A DNA stretch of 63,222 nucleotides, filler included, from 12 parts of 12 records of this genome joined end to end with filler, not necessarily neighbours in it, one strand, 5' to 3'. Numbered from the whole stretch's first letter, positions 46,699-58,069 are shown. A program made the numbers and translations. The notes: a model not told the origin generated them from the letters alone.

Positions 46699-49197
46699 AT
46701 GGTCAGCAGCATGTTTACCTTGCTAGTGCTTAGCATGGCGCTCGGGCTCGCGGGCTGCACACAGCCGGCCCTGGATGTGGACTGGGCCGGCTTCCTATCC
46801 CGGCACGATCTCCAATGGAGCTTTGACTACTCGCCGCACTCCGAGCTCATCCCGGTCTTCTGGTGGGAAGCGGGTTACATCGGGAACGGGATGATGGGTG
46901 CAACCGTCCGAGTGGACAACAGTACCTGGCCCAACCCGGGCACCGCCAAGCTCATCATCGCCGTCAACCGGGTGGACGCCTGGGTCGGGAGTACCCCGCC
47001 TTCCTCCGACAAAAGCGGCTATCGCCGCACCCCGATCGGCTCGCTCTGGCTCGATACGGGGCTGCCGTGGGACGGGCAGGGCCGGATCGAGATGTCGGTG
47101 CGGCTGCACGACGCTGAGCTCCAGGGGCGGGTCCTACTCCAAGAAGCCCCCGCGCTCAGCTTTCGCTGCCTGATCAGCGCCGCCCGTCTGGCCGAGTCGA
47201 CGCTTGTTCTTGACATGAACAGCTCGGGAGCGCTGCCGGCGCCGGTGGTTGAGTGGAAGCCGTGCGCGGTGCAGCGAGGCCCGCGAGGGCCCGGGCAGGT
47301 GTGTGACCAATTCGCGCCGACCAATTGCTCTTGCGTAGAGACTGTCAAGGTCTCAGAAGAAAATCACAGCCCAAGCGTGTTCTACCAGCCCACCAACGGA
47401 TCCCGTCCAGGATTTGGGGGCGTTGCGGTTGCTGTGGCCACCCTGCCTCAGCAGGGCAACCGAAGCACAGTGTGGCTATCCACCAGCCAGAGTCTGTTTG
47501 ACCCGACACCGAGCAACGCTTCGATTCTGCGAGCATCGACTGAGCTGCAGGACAGGCTGGCGGCCGGGCTGGACGAGCTCGTCACTGAGCACAGGGCCTG
47601 GTGGCACGCTTGGTGGCCGGCGTCCTTCCTGTCGATCCCGGACACGCGGCTTGAAGGTTTTTATTACGCCAATGTTTACCGGTTTGCTGCAATAAGTCGC
47701 CATGGAGTGCACGACCTGGAGGCTGGGCTTGGTCCAGAAGGAGTGACCTGGCACTGGGGCGATTATATGTGGGATATGAACCCCGAGGTGACTTACTTTA
47801 TGACACATGCCTCCAATCGGCTCGACCTCATCAAGACGCTGATCGATGCATTTGACGACATAGATCAGTCATCTCACAAGTGGATTCGTTATGGCGGTAC
47901 TACTCCGTCTGAGCGCTATCTTCTCTGGATGTTGCGCAGTTACCACAAGTATACTCTGTACACAGGCGACGTGACGAGGCAAAGGGAAACACTCTATCGG
48001 CTGCTCGGGCTTGGTCTGTCTCAGATACCAATCTACCGGCTTCCAGACAGGCCGGCTGATGATTTCCGAAGCTCATCGCTGCTGGACGACGGAATTCACT
48101 ATCATGTAGTGGGTGTCACTAGTCCAGAGTACGGTGCAGACTGGAATTCAGACTGCAACTTCACTGCTTTGACGCATAATTGCACTAACACCAACTTCGG
48201 GATTGCTATTGTGAGCTGGGCGGTTAATTTGGTCCTCGAGCTCATCACAAAGTTCCAGATCCCAGACAACAAGACAGCCCTGTACCGTGATATCAGCCGC
48301 CGGCTTTATCCTCTGTCCTATGACGAGACGGGCTATATGGTCGATTGGGTACACCGATTTGAGAAGCCCCATCGGCACTGGAGCCATCTACTCGCACTGT
48401 ACGATCTCGAGATTGTGCCTATCACCAGGGAGCTGGCCGAAAAATCAGTCGATCGCTGGACCGGTCTGACCTGTAACGATTCGGTGCCATGCCCCACACA
48501 CTGCCGTGGCTTCACAAGAGGCATAGCGGGCATAATGAGCGCAAAGCTTGGCCGGGGTGCAGCTGCAGCGGGCAATTTATCCAAGTTGATTGATCCCGTG
48601 GTCGGAGTAATAACGCCCAATGGCATTTATGGCGAAGGCGTGACAGCGGCAGGACCGTATGAACTGTCGCCCTGCACCGAAAGCGCGTACGTCGGGTCAG
48701 CGGTTCTCCACGAAATGTTTGTCCAGGCGAATGCAGAGAATGTCACAGTTTTCCCTGCGGCACATTGGCCCGATTCTGTGTTTTACCACCTGCGTGCACT
48801 CAACGGTCTACTGGTCAGCGCAGTTCGCAAGAGTGGGCACACGCTGTTCGTGAGTCTCGAGGCCGTCGTGGCGGGCATGTTCAGGCTGTCCGTACCAGAT
48901 TGGACATCGCAACAGCCATCGGTGATCCCAACATCTGTACCGCACAAGCACAACGCAGACGGCAGCATCTCGATCCAGCTTGCTCAGGGAGACTCAGTCA
49001 CAGTTTACACTGGCTCGACTGTGCCGGATCTTCGAATTCAGCCCATCCAGAGCGATCCTTCGGGAGAGAACTACTTTGGCATGAAACGAACGCCAACGTG
49101 CATGTCGTTGGGGTGTTCGCCAGGGCCCATTTGGCCAACGTTTCAGAGCCAGGAGCAATGCAACTACGACTATTATTGCGACACTCATACGTGCTGA
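46699..49197 (+). CDS. Secreted GH95-like glycoside hydrolase (alpha-L-fucosidase-like), intronless
   Basis: Signal peptide MVSSMFTLLVLSMALG; YIGNGMMGA, HRAWWHAWW..SFLSIPD, WDMN, SPEYG, PHRHWSHLLALY. Confidence 0.8.
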   Translation: MVSSMFTLLVLSMALGLAGCTQPALDVDWAGFLSRHDLQWSFDYSPHSELIPVFWWEAGYIGNGMMGATVRVDNSTWPNPGTAKLIIAVNRVDAWVGSTPPSSDKSGYRRTPIGSLWLDTGLPWDGQGRIEMSVRLHDAELQGRVLLQEAPALSFRCLISAARLAESTLVLDMNSSGALPAPVVEWKPCAVQRGPRGPGQVCDQFAPTNCSCVETVKVSEENHSPSVFYQPTNGSRPGFGGVAVAVATLPQQGNRSTVWLSTSQSLFDPTPSNASILRASTELQDRLAAGLDELVTEHRAWWHAWWPASFLSIPDTRLEGFYYANVYRFAAISRHGVHDLEAGLGPEGVTWHWGDYMWDMNPEVTYFMTHASNRLDLIKTLIDAFDDIDQSSHKWIRYGGTTPSERYLLWMLRSYHKYTLYTGDVTRQRETLYRLLGLGLSQIPIYRLPDRPADDFRSSSLLDDGIHYHVVGVTSPEYGADWNSDCNFTALTHNCTNTNFGIAIVSWAVNLVLELITKFQIPDNKTALYRDISRRLYPLSYDETGYMVDWVHRFEKPHRHWSHLLALYDLEIVPITRELAEKSVDRWTGLTCNDSVPCPTHCRGFTRGIAGIMSAKLGRGAAAAGNLSKLIDPVVGVITPNGIYGEGVTAAGPYELSPCTESAYVGSAVLHEMFVQANAENVTVFPAAHWPDSVFYHLRALNGLLVSAVRKSGHTLFVSLEAVVAGMFRLSVPDWTSQQPSVIPTSVPHKHNADGSISIQLAQGDSVTVYTGSTVPDLRIQPIQSDPSGENYFGMKRTPTCMSLGCSPGPIWPTFQSQEQCNYDYYCDTHTC

Positions 49198-49392
49198 ACT
49201 TCATTACTCAATACTGCGTAGTTGGCCTGGACAAGATTTCGTAGGGCCCAATCGCAGCGCAATTTATCCAATGATACCAATGATGCCTGGACAATCGTAG
49301 GACATCGTAGGTAATTCAATGATGCCATTCGTAGCCATTCGGATATATGGAATTACGTTCTTATTACATTTTTATACTGCGTACTCGTGAAA

Positions 49393-50916
49393 TCAAGTAG
49401 CAAACATTGAATCCTCTAGCTCGTCCGTGTGCATTTGGAGTTTATCTATCTTAGCTTGCAGCGCTTCCTTTTTCTCTTTGCTCGCACCAGTAGCCTCAAG
49501 CCTGCTCATCTTGCCACGCAATGACTCCACCCGCTCCTCACACATGGCTAGCTCGGCTAGGACGGCCTTGCGTCTATGAGATTCTCCGACGACAGGGTCC
49601 CCGGCCTGCTCACCCGCGTGCGTTTTGGCCTCGTCAGCTCGCCTCCACTTGAGCCTATTAGCAGCACTCGCCGGCTCAGGCCCATCAACTTGAGCCAACC
49701 GCCCAGCCGCCTTAAACTCCGCTTCAGCTTTAGCGATCAGGGCCTCGTCCCCAGTGCTCAGCGCCGCCAACAGCTGCTGCTCGGCGTGGCGCTGCTGTTC
49801 CGAACAGCTAGCCTGTAGCACAGCTGGGGCGCTGGGCGGCTCCGAGTGGCCGGCCGTGGCATCGTAGTGCTTGAGGCACCCGTAGCGCTGCTGGTTCAGA
49901 GCGTCTCGGTTGAGGTCAATCACTGGCGACACTTGATCTATCGTACGGTCCAGAACATTCATCGCCTCTCTCAGCTCATTCAGCTCGGCGCTCTCTTCTG
50001 GTCCAGACGCCGCCTGTTCGGGCTCTAGTTCCGGGGTTCGCTGATCTGGTTCCGTCCTTGAGCAGGCCTCCGGTTCGAAGAAGGACGTGTACTGCTCATC
50101 TTGTACACTCGGTCGTCGGCTTCTGAAAATCATCATGTCAAAGTTTTGGGGCTGCGACTCTGCTGGCAGCCGAGGCTCGGGACTGCCCTCAGTGGCCTTG
50201 TCTTCGGGTCCGGCCTTGGCAGCCGAAGGCCCCCGTGTGGGCTCCTTGCCCTTTCTAGTTTTAGCAGTACCTTCAGAACCATCCGAGTGTCTTTCTAACG
50301 GAGTTGCCTTCTCTGCTTCGGCAGCTTCGACGTTGAACAGCTGCAGTACAGAATCCGTATTGGTTGCAATGTCGTTCAGTGCTGCGTTCTTGGCCTCTGC
50401 GATGCCATTAAGCGCCGCCGTTTTCACCGCCTCAAGCGATCTCCGCTTCTTCTCGGGCTTGGAATCTTTCGCGGCTTGCTTTTGCTTGGCCTTCTTATTG
50501 ATCACCGATCGCTCCGTCTCGATCATATCGTATACAGACCGGTGCGGCGACTCAGTTTTAATCGCGGTGCCTCCGCACAGGGCGTCGAGTGCGTTCAGGG
50601 CGTCTGTCAACTCATCCAGCCGCGCGCGCTCTTCTCGTTCGGATTCGGCCGCGTTCTCCTGCGCCAGCTGCAGCGCTCGCTCGATCGCCGCGTCCGTTGC
50701 TATCTGGGGCAATGCCTCCGCAGTGCTGCTCGGCTCTGCTGTGCTCCCCGCGCACGGTCCGATCATGTCCTCTGGTCGGCCGCCGGCCTCGCATGGGGGA
50801 GCTTTCTGCGGCTGATCCGGGGACAGGCTCTGCCCGGCCAGGAGCCGGATGCGGCGCTTGAAGGCAATCCGCGCGGCGGTGTCGGGCGATCCCACCACAG
50901 CCACGGGGCTCGCCAT
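49393..50916 (-). CDS. Hypothetical low-complexity/coiled-coil protein
   Basis: About 507-aa open frame, ATG at 50916, C-terminal heptads. Confidence 0.7.
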   Translation of the reverse strand: MASPVAVVGSPDTAARIAFKRRIRLLAGQSLSPDQPQKAPPCEAGGRPEDMIGPCAGSTAEPSSTAEALPQIATDAAIERALQLAQENAAESEREERARLDELTDALNALDALCGGTAIKTESPHRSVYDMIETERSVINKKAKQKQAAKDSKPEKKRRSLEAVKTAALNGIAEAKNAALNDIATNTDSVLQLFNVEAAEAEKATPLERHSDGSEGTAKTRKGKEPTRGPSAAKAGPEDKATEGSPEPRLPAESQPQNFDMMIFRSRRPSVQDEQYTSFFEPEACSRTEPDQRTPELEPEQAASGPEESAELNELREAMNVLDRTIDQVSPVIDLNRDALNQQRYGCLKHYDATAGHSEPPSAPAVLQASCSEQQRHAEQQLLAALSTGDEALIAKAEAEFKAAGRLAQVDGPEPASAANRLKWRRADEAKTHAGEQAGDPVVGESHRRKAVLAELAMCEERVESLRGKMSRLEATGASKEKKEALQAKIDKLQMHTDELEDSMFAT

Positions 50917-50963
50917 GTGCACCCAACGGCTACCACAACGGCCGGCCCCGCGAATCGGGTAGG

Positions 50964-51531
50964 ATGGCGTTGTTGATGAGTATTGCCCGACGGGGGGCTC
51001 TGGCCGCAGCGATGGCTGTACTCCCTTGCGGGGTCGCGGAGCAGCATTGCCAGGTCCCGTGTGGCATCTTTGACGACAAGGGCCGAGTGGCTGCCCTCAA
51101 GGAGGACGCCCAGACCATCCGGAAAGCCATGACCCAGGTCATCCCGGGACAAGCATCAGCGCCGACCTGATAAAGGCTGGCAGATCCGGCAGGACAGCGA
51201 GGGGCCCGTGGACGGCTCGACCCAAGCGCACCGGCTCAACCAGTCCACTCGTTGGGTCATGACCAAGGAGGAGCACGCCAGCAAGATCATCGCGCTGGTG
51301 GCCGAGTACTGCCTCTGCCAGCGCGTCAAGAGCGAGTGCCACCTCGGCGAGCGGCAGGCGCTCACCCGGGGCAGGGCGTTTGGCAGCCGGGAGAGTTACC
51401 TGAGTGCGCTGGAGCTGCACCACGCGCTGATGGTGGCTGCAATGAAATCCAAGCAAACAGTGGACCTGGCGGCTTGCGATAGGTTGGAGAAGGCCATCGC
51501 CGACGTGGCAGCGCTCTACTCGGATCACTGA
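50964..51531 (+). CDS. sodN: Nickel superoxide dismutase with a 27-aa leader; introns 51138-51183 and 51336-51374
   Basis: Ni-hook HCQVPCGIFDD at 51045; RWVMTKEEHA, YCLCQRVK, AAMKSKQTVD. Confidence 0.92.
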
Positions 51532-51841
51532 TGCCGTACGCATACCCGCATGAAGATAGGGGATTAGACTCTAGCAGTACCGTAGTACGGGTATACGTAC
51601 TAAGTACCTATCTGATCTGATACTCATGGGTGGACAGCACCTGAAGCACATGAAGCACAAGCTCCAGCAGCAGGATGTCACAGAGTCGCGGATCAAGGCG
51701 GTCAAACAGGCACAAGAAGCACTGTGGGGCTGTTCTCGCGTTGTAGTATGATGATGCAAACCAATATGAAGATGCAAAAGAACACACAAACCAAATCAAC
51801 TGCTAATCGCTATAAAATTGAGCTTTATTTCACATCTTAGC

Positions 51842-52223
51842 ACGCGTTCCAACAATGCGATATGGCAAGGGTCAGCCTCTCGGCTTCAAAGATGCCCACA
51901 CCCGCGACCACTCCGTACCCCTTCTGGCGAGCGGCATTTAGCGCGGTCTGGGTGCACTGTCTCGGTGGGCCGTGCGACTCGCAGGGTGGCGGTGCGCTGG
52001 TGTGTCCCCAATTGCCGTGCTTCTCGACTGTTCCATACAGCCACACATGCATATGTCTGTGACTTCAGAGCAGCTGCAGGCACGATTGGATAAGATTAGC
52101 ATATGCTTGCATGACGAAGAGGCCGAGGAGCTAGCATATGTGTTTGACTTGGATGCTACTGGGCGTCTCGATGTCAGTGAATTTGTGGAATCAGTTTCTG
52201 CCTACAAAGATGGTGAAATTTGA
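51842..52223 (+). CDS. Small or fragmentary EF-hand coding segment
   Basis: FDLDATGRLDVSEFV; upstream exons unclear; may be a pseudogene fragment. Confidence 0.4.
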
Positions 52224-52679
52224 TGCACTTAGATTTATGGCATTAATAAGAGCGCCACCAACACTGCTTGTAGATAGCTATATAGAAAGCGCACTCACAG
52301 GTCGGTCTGGACTATCGGGCACATTGCGCTGTGCCATATCATTCGTTGAGGAACAACATAAGGCACTACTTTAGAGTAGGGCATAACTTTAGAGAGTAGA
52401 NNNNNNNNNNNNNNNNNNNNNNNNNNNNNNNNNNNNNNNNNNNNTTAATTAATTAANNNNNNNNNNNNNNNNNNNNNNNNNNNNNNNNNNNNNNNNNNNN
52501 CGCGCACTATGGCCGATAGCACTGCAATCGTAAATCTAGAGCGTAAGCTAGTACCTTGTATAGAGGCGATTTAGTCACAGCGTGGATATAAAGACCGTGA
52601 TTGACATGATTGTCATTAGACTGTCATGTACCGAAATACCACTAAGAGACTCCGGCTAAACTACGAATCTAAATACGTA

Positions 52680-53942
52680 TTATATTTGCTTGCCGGTGGT
52701 TAGATCCCAGTTGTGCACAACCGAGGGCGCGCCGCCAGGCTCGTGTTTGAGCACTGCGAACTTGCCGGCCGACCAGCCGTGCACTAGCAAGTACAACGTC
52801 CGGTTGCCCCGCTCATCTTGCACATAGTGCGGCCAGACGTGATGCAGGTGCTTGAGCACAGGGATCCCGAGCTCACCCGGCTCAATTGTGGACAGCAGCC
52901 GCTCGCCGGAGTGGGCGTAGATCTGAGCGGTTCGGGCCGGGGTGTGCTGGATTGGCTCGAGCGCATTCATCACAAAGTAGTCATCGGCCCTCGCTATATT
53001 GCAGATCCTAGCGGTCTCTGGCAAGTCAGGCATGGCTCTGATCAGATCCCCATCCTTACTGAACTCGAGCACCTCGTGCGCTTCCCGGTTGGCTACAAAG
53101 ATGTTGCCATCGTGAGCGAAGACGCCGTGCGCAGTGTTGAACTTTCCTGGGCTGTCGCCTTTGCCGCCCCACGCGATTGGGCCCCACTCCCACTGACCCT
53201 GCTTGCGTTCTGCTGTCAGCACGAAGTCGCCATCGCAGTAGCCTGTAACCACATACAGCCTTCCGTCGAGGAAGGTGACATCGGTGCATGCGAATGCCGG
53301 CGAAGCGGGTGTGCCCCACGGGCACTGTTTGATCTGCTTCCGCGAGTAATAGTGGTTAGCCTCGTCGAAATTAAACTCGCCGCCTTTGGGCATGTCCATC
53401 TGCTGGAGCACCGTGCCGTCTATCCCGACTACAAGCACCCGCTGGTCGTCGTTCTGGGCCACAGCAATGCACGTGTCGCCCTCATGCTCGAACACTACTA
53501 TCCCGTGGATATTCCCCTTGAGCCGTTCGTCTGACCCGACCCGCAGCCAGGTGCGCAGGTCCGGACTGATCGCGCACAACCCGTAGCCGGGCACGCCGGT
53601 GTAGACGATCCCGGTGTTAGCGTCCTCGTTGAACCCGCCGTGCATGTCTCGCTCGAACGGCTTGGCCTCAGCCGGGAACGCCGCGGTGAGTTCTCGGTCC
53701 CACGAGAAGACGGCGTCGCCCTGGCCAGTGGTCAGGCTGACCGCATGCGTCTCTTGGAGCATCCCGGTCAGCTGAGCCACCTGGGCTTCCAGCCGGGCTA
53801 TCCGATCGCCGTCGGGCGAGTGGCTGCCGTGCGCCCGGGCCGGGCAGACGGCCATGCCCACCAGCGAGCCGGCCACAGCGCATCGGCTCCACCTGCAGCC
53901 CAGCGCAGAGCCCCGAGTGAGAAAGCTGGAGAATGCCCGCAT
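52680..53942 (-). CDS. NHL-repeat (PAL-like) beta-propeller protein with an N-terminal leader, intronless
   Basis: GGKGDSPGKFNTAHGV, IFVANREAHEV, CTDV..YVVTGYC; leader MRAFSSFLTR..VCPARA followed by a short coiled coil. Confidence 0.75.
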   Translation of the reverse strand: MRAFSSFLTRGSALGCRWSRCAVAGSLVGMAVCPARAHGSHSPDGDRIARLEAQVAQLTGMLQETHAVSLTTGQGDAVFSWDRELTAAFPAEAKPFERDMHGGFNEDANTGIVYTGVPGYGLCAISPDLRTWLRVGSDERLKGNIHGIVVFEHEGDTCIAVAQNDDQRVLVVGIDGTVLQQMDMPKGGEFNFDEANHYYSRKQIKQCPWGTPASPAFACTDVTFLDGRLYVVTGYCDGDFVLTAERKQGQWEWGPIAWGGKGDSPGKFNTAHGVFAHDGNIFVANREAHEVLEFSKDGDLIRAMPDLPETARICNIARADDYFVMNALEPIQHTPARTAQIYAHSGERLLSTIEPGELGIPVLKHLHHVWPHYVQDERGNRTLYLLVHGWSAGKFAVLKHEPGGAPSVVHNWDLTTGKQI

Positions 53943-54055
53943 CTTGCTTGATGATCGACCTGGAGTTCCAGCGGGACACCGTGGTCGGGCCGGCCCCGGA
54001 ACTTAGTAACGACCTGCAGCGTCCGTTTGGCAAATCTGCGCCGCGACCGTCCAAC

Positions 54056-55593
54056 ATGGCTGACGAGGAGAACAGCAAGCGCGAGGAAGACGAGGAGGCT
54101 AGCTGCAGGTCTAGAGCCACGAGGATGGCAGCGCCGCTGTTGCGGGAGGAGCCGGAAGGTCTGCCGACCGAGGAGCTCACGTTGCTCTTCGGGCGGTACG
54201 CATTCGCGCACAGCTGGAGCTTCTGGCGGGGGATGTGCTGGTCGGCGGCCTGGGGGGCGGCGCTCGGGCTTGTGGCGCTCGGGTACATGCAGCTGATCAC
54301 CTGGCTGCCTCAGCGCTGGCAGGGCGAGCACTACGCCAGCGACGCCGCCCAGGTGTGCCTGGGGTGCGGTAAGCCGTGGTGGGTTGGGCTCTGCGCGGGC
54401 GGCGGGCTGCTGGTGGGGCTGATCCGGTTCCGGTGCATGCCGGCCAAGCCGGAGGGAATGGTGCAAGAGATCGCCAGGCAGCGGGTGGATCCGGGGCACG
54501 CCCCGTGGGTGGCCGTCCTGTGCGTGCTCTCGCTCGGCTGCGGGGCCAGCGTGGGCCCTGAGGCCGGGCTGTGCTCGCTGGGCGGGGCGGTGGCTGCTGT
54601 TTGTGCCCGGCTCAGGAACCGGCTGCGGGAGCGGTGCTGCCCGGCATTGGGCCGGATGACCGAGAGAGAGGAGCGGATGAACACCATCACAGGCATTTGC
54701 GCGATGCTCGGGTCGCTGCTGCCGTCGCCCTTCCTTGCTGTGAGCCTGATCTCCGAGCTTGGCGGGCCCCAGATCTTCCAGCACTACCTCGAGTCGACAG
54801 CCCATGCCGCCGTGGCTGCCACGGCCTCCTTCGCAACATACCAGGCAGTAGTGGACAAGACCACGCTTCGGACGCTCCGGCTGCCTCTGAGCGTGAACGA
54901 TCTGGAGGACATTCAGCACTTCAAACCGGAATACTACCTTTACGCTATGTTGCTCGGGCTGGTCGGCGCGGGCGTGGCCATGCTCATTCTGGCGCTGTTT
55001 GCCATCTGTGGCAAGATCTTCCAGCGGGTCACCGCTAGATCGCGCTACGCGATTGTCTTGCTCTGCACGCTCACTGGAGCTCTCGTTGGGGTATCCGGTT
55101 ACCTGCTGCCTCTCACATTCGGGGATGGCTCCGAGCAGCTGGGTTCGCTGGTCGGTCCACTGTCAAACTGCGGCCCCGATTGCTACAGCGAGCCTCGTGC
55201 CTGCGGCCAGGCCCGGCACCAGGCACCGCTCTGCCACCACTTGATCAGCACCGAGCTTCTGATCGGGACAGCACTGCTCAAAATTGTGACTTTTGCGCTC
55301 AGCAGCAACCTCGGGTTCGTTGGCGGGATCATCTTGCCTAACGTATTCATTGGAGTGGCCGGCGGAGTGCTGGCTCACCGGGTGGCGCCGCAGTCGCTCC
55401 CAATTTGGTTATCCGTGTCCTGCATGGCCGCCGCAGTGCCTGGCAGCCTCGCCCCTGCGCCAGTCACGATGACGATCCTGCCAACACTGATGTTTGTATT
55501 CAACGGGCAGCAGATTGCGCCGGTCTTTCTTTCGGTGGTGGTCGGGTACTGCACAATGCACCTGATCCTGCTTGGCCCAGTAGTCAAGATGGC
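54056..55593 (+). CDS. Bacterial-type (YfeO/EriC-like) ClC chloride channel, intronless, 3' truncated
   Basis: Many TM helices; GASVGPEAG, GFVGGIILP, FGDG; likely start MADEENSK. Confidence 0.8.
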
Positions 55594-55693
55594 NNNNNNN
55601 NNNNNNNNNNNNNNNNNNNNNNNNNNNNNNNNNNNNNTTAATTAATTAANNNNNNNNNNNNNNNNNNNNNNNNNNNNNNNNNNNNNNNNNNNN

Positions 55694-56204
55694 CGGGACT
55701 GGTTCGTGATGCTGCTAGGAGTGGCCGCGATCGGCGTCGGGGTGCACGGCGGTGCCACCGGGGCTGGCGGCGCCTGAGTGGTGGGCAGCATTGCGGAGCG
55801 ACCCGTCGACCATCCGGATCTACGCGTACTGCATGATGGTGTTCGCATTCGTGGTCGGACTCTCGTGCGTGCTGACTGCGCTCGAGATCCCGGTGGCAGC
55901 AGGTGGCGGGGGGGGCTCACAAGGTGGCAGATCTTGCACGACGCCCAGGACGCCAATCAGGCCGAGCTGAGCGTCAACCAGCAGTGCCGGGAGACGGTGG
56001 AAAGCATGATCAGCTACACGTACCGGCACGCGATCCTGTACGGTACAAGCGACCGTGTGAGGGGGCGGCTGAGTGATTGCAGGCGTCAACTGCGGGCTCG
56101 AGATCGCCGGGGCGTGGTTCGCGATGCGGACCAACGTGTATTTCGATTACGAGCAAGTCAAGCTGGACCACGAGAAAGCGACCAAGTATGGAACGGGGCT
56201 ATAG
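55694..56204 (+). CDS. 3' part of a small multi-pass membrane protein
   Basis: Three short introns join hydrophobic exons (IYAYCMMVFAFVVGL; GVNCGLEIAGAWF) to TAG at 56204. Confidence 0.55.
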
Positions 56205-56319
56205 TGAGTGATCGATTGATCAATGCTTGATCAATGAACTCGAATCAAGCTTCGGACAGTAGCTTGTGCACGCACAATATACAACATTAAAGTCTTTAAT
56301 AAATGTGAGATATCGCCGG

Positions 56320-57956
56320 CTAGGACCGTTTCGAGTCCCGCAGCTCGTCAGCGAGTAGCTTCTTATGCTTGTCGCCGTCCACGACTGACGCCTTGGCTTT
56401 CCACCAAGCCAAATTGTGCTCCATCATCTCCATCCGCGAGCTCTGTCCCAACCGTCACCCGCCGGCTCGTTGCAGGCCCCACCTGCTCGAACAGCACGCT
56501 CCCTAGTCTTGTCACCTCATTCGTCGACATCTCGAGCGCCTACCGGCCGCTCGCCTGGGCCCCCTGCACCAGCGCACGACCTCGGTCACTTCGGCCAGCT
56601 GCTTGACAAGCTTTGACTGGTTGGCCTCGTGTCCCACCACCGTCGCCTGCAGCTGTTCGCTCCTCTCTGCCGCCTCGACCGCCGCGCGCGACCCGCTGTG
56701 CTCGGCCCGGCCCAGCTGCTCCTCCAGCTTGAGCTTCTCCTCACGCACCTGCCGCACGTTGCGGATTCGGCCCCGGGCCGCGCGCCTGGCGAATTTTCGC
56801 GCTGGCCTGGGTGCATCGGTCCTCCAAGGTGTCTCGCTCGTCATGCCAGCCTTGCCGCTCCCGCTGGCCCCCCTCCTCAGCAGCGGCTAGCCATGCGCAC
56901 ACACCGCCAACTGCTCGCGCTCGCGCTGCTGCTGGGCGGCCTTCTCGCGCAGCTGGAGCTGGAGGGTCTCTATCCGGCCCCAAGCCTCTTCGAGCTGTTC
57001 GACTTGGCTCTCCCAGCCCTTCTCCGACCGATTCACCCACCCGGGCTCACCCGCCGGCTCCGGGCCGGGCCCCATCTTCCCGATCATCACCAGCTGCCGG
57101 TTGTGCGCCTCCAGCTCCGCGTATCTGCCCCCAATCAGCCGCGGCTCCACCCACCGCCGCACCGGCCGTTTGCCGCTTCCCTCTGCGCCTGCAGCGCCGC
57201 CTGATGCTCCCGCTCTTGATCGAACGCGCGCTCTTTGAGAGTCTCCAGCTGCTCCCGGAACTGGCAGCTGCCCTCCAGGCAGCTCCGGGGCTGGTCGGCC
57301 CGTCGCCGCTCCTCGGCGAGCGCGGCGTCGTATTTAGCGATTAATTGCTCCCGATGTTGGACCTCGGCGTCTAGCTGGGCCTTGGCCTGGCTGGCGGCAA
57401 GCTGATGCTCCCGGCTCATGGCCTGGGCCGCCGCCAGCCGGGTGCTGTACTGCTTGACCTCCTGCTCGGCCGCCAGCACCGCGTCGCTCGCAAACTGGGA
57501 GCCCACCGACGCCTCGGCCGGCCCCTCCGCGTTGCTGTGCAGCTGGCTCTGGAGCGCGGACAGTTGACTCTCCAGCCGCAGGTTCTCCTGCCGCAGCCGG
57601 TCGCACTCGCTCCGGTGATCGGCCCCGGCCCGTGCAGCCTCGGCCCGCAGCTGGGCTATGTCCCGCTCAAGCTGAGCCACAATCCCGTTGTGGATGTTCT
57701 CCTCCTCGGCCTTGGCCTCCCGCGCCTGGGCCAGCCAGTCCTCGGTCAGCTCGCGCACCTCCCGCTCGTGCGCGGCCGACCGCTCGGCCCGGGTCAGTCT
57801 GTCCTGGAGGCCGGCCTCCTCGACCACATCGCTCACTGGCCGCGGGGCGCTGTGCGTGCCGTCGGAGGCGGGCAGAGGGCCGGTGGGCGGCATCCAGGCG
57901 CTGCTCGGGTCGGAGGGCGGGGGCAAGTCGCCCCCACCGGGAAAGAAGGCCGTCAT
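56320..57956 (-). CDS. Coiled-coil protein, multi-exon
   Basis: MTAFFPGG start; heptad-rich exons; last exon HNLAWWKAK..RS*. Confidence 0.65.
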
Positions 57957-58069
57957 GAGACCCAGAGGCCGGCGCGACCGCAGCTGAGCTGAGGGGCCAT
58001 AACTGCTGCGTTTGCGCCGCGGCCGGCCGTTGTGGAAGTAGGCGTTGCCCCGACAGAGAGGAAGGCAGC

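Noticed and set aside
46699-55593. Bacterial-like island or operon (GH95, sodN, NHL, ClC)
   Set aside because: Spans a linker, genes are divergent, and sodN has spliceosomal introns; no operon, integrase or island boundaries.
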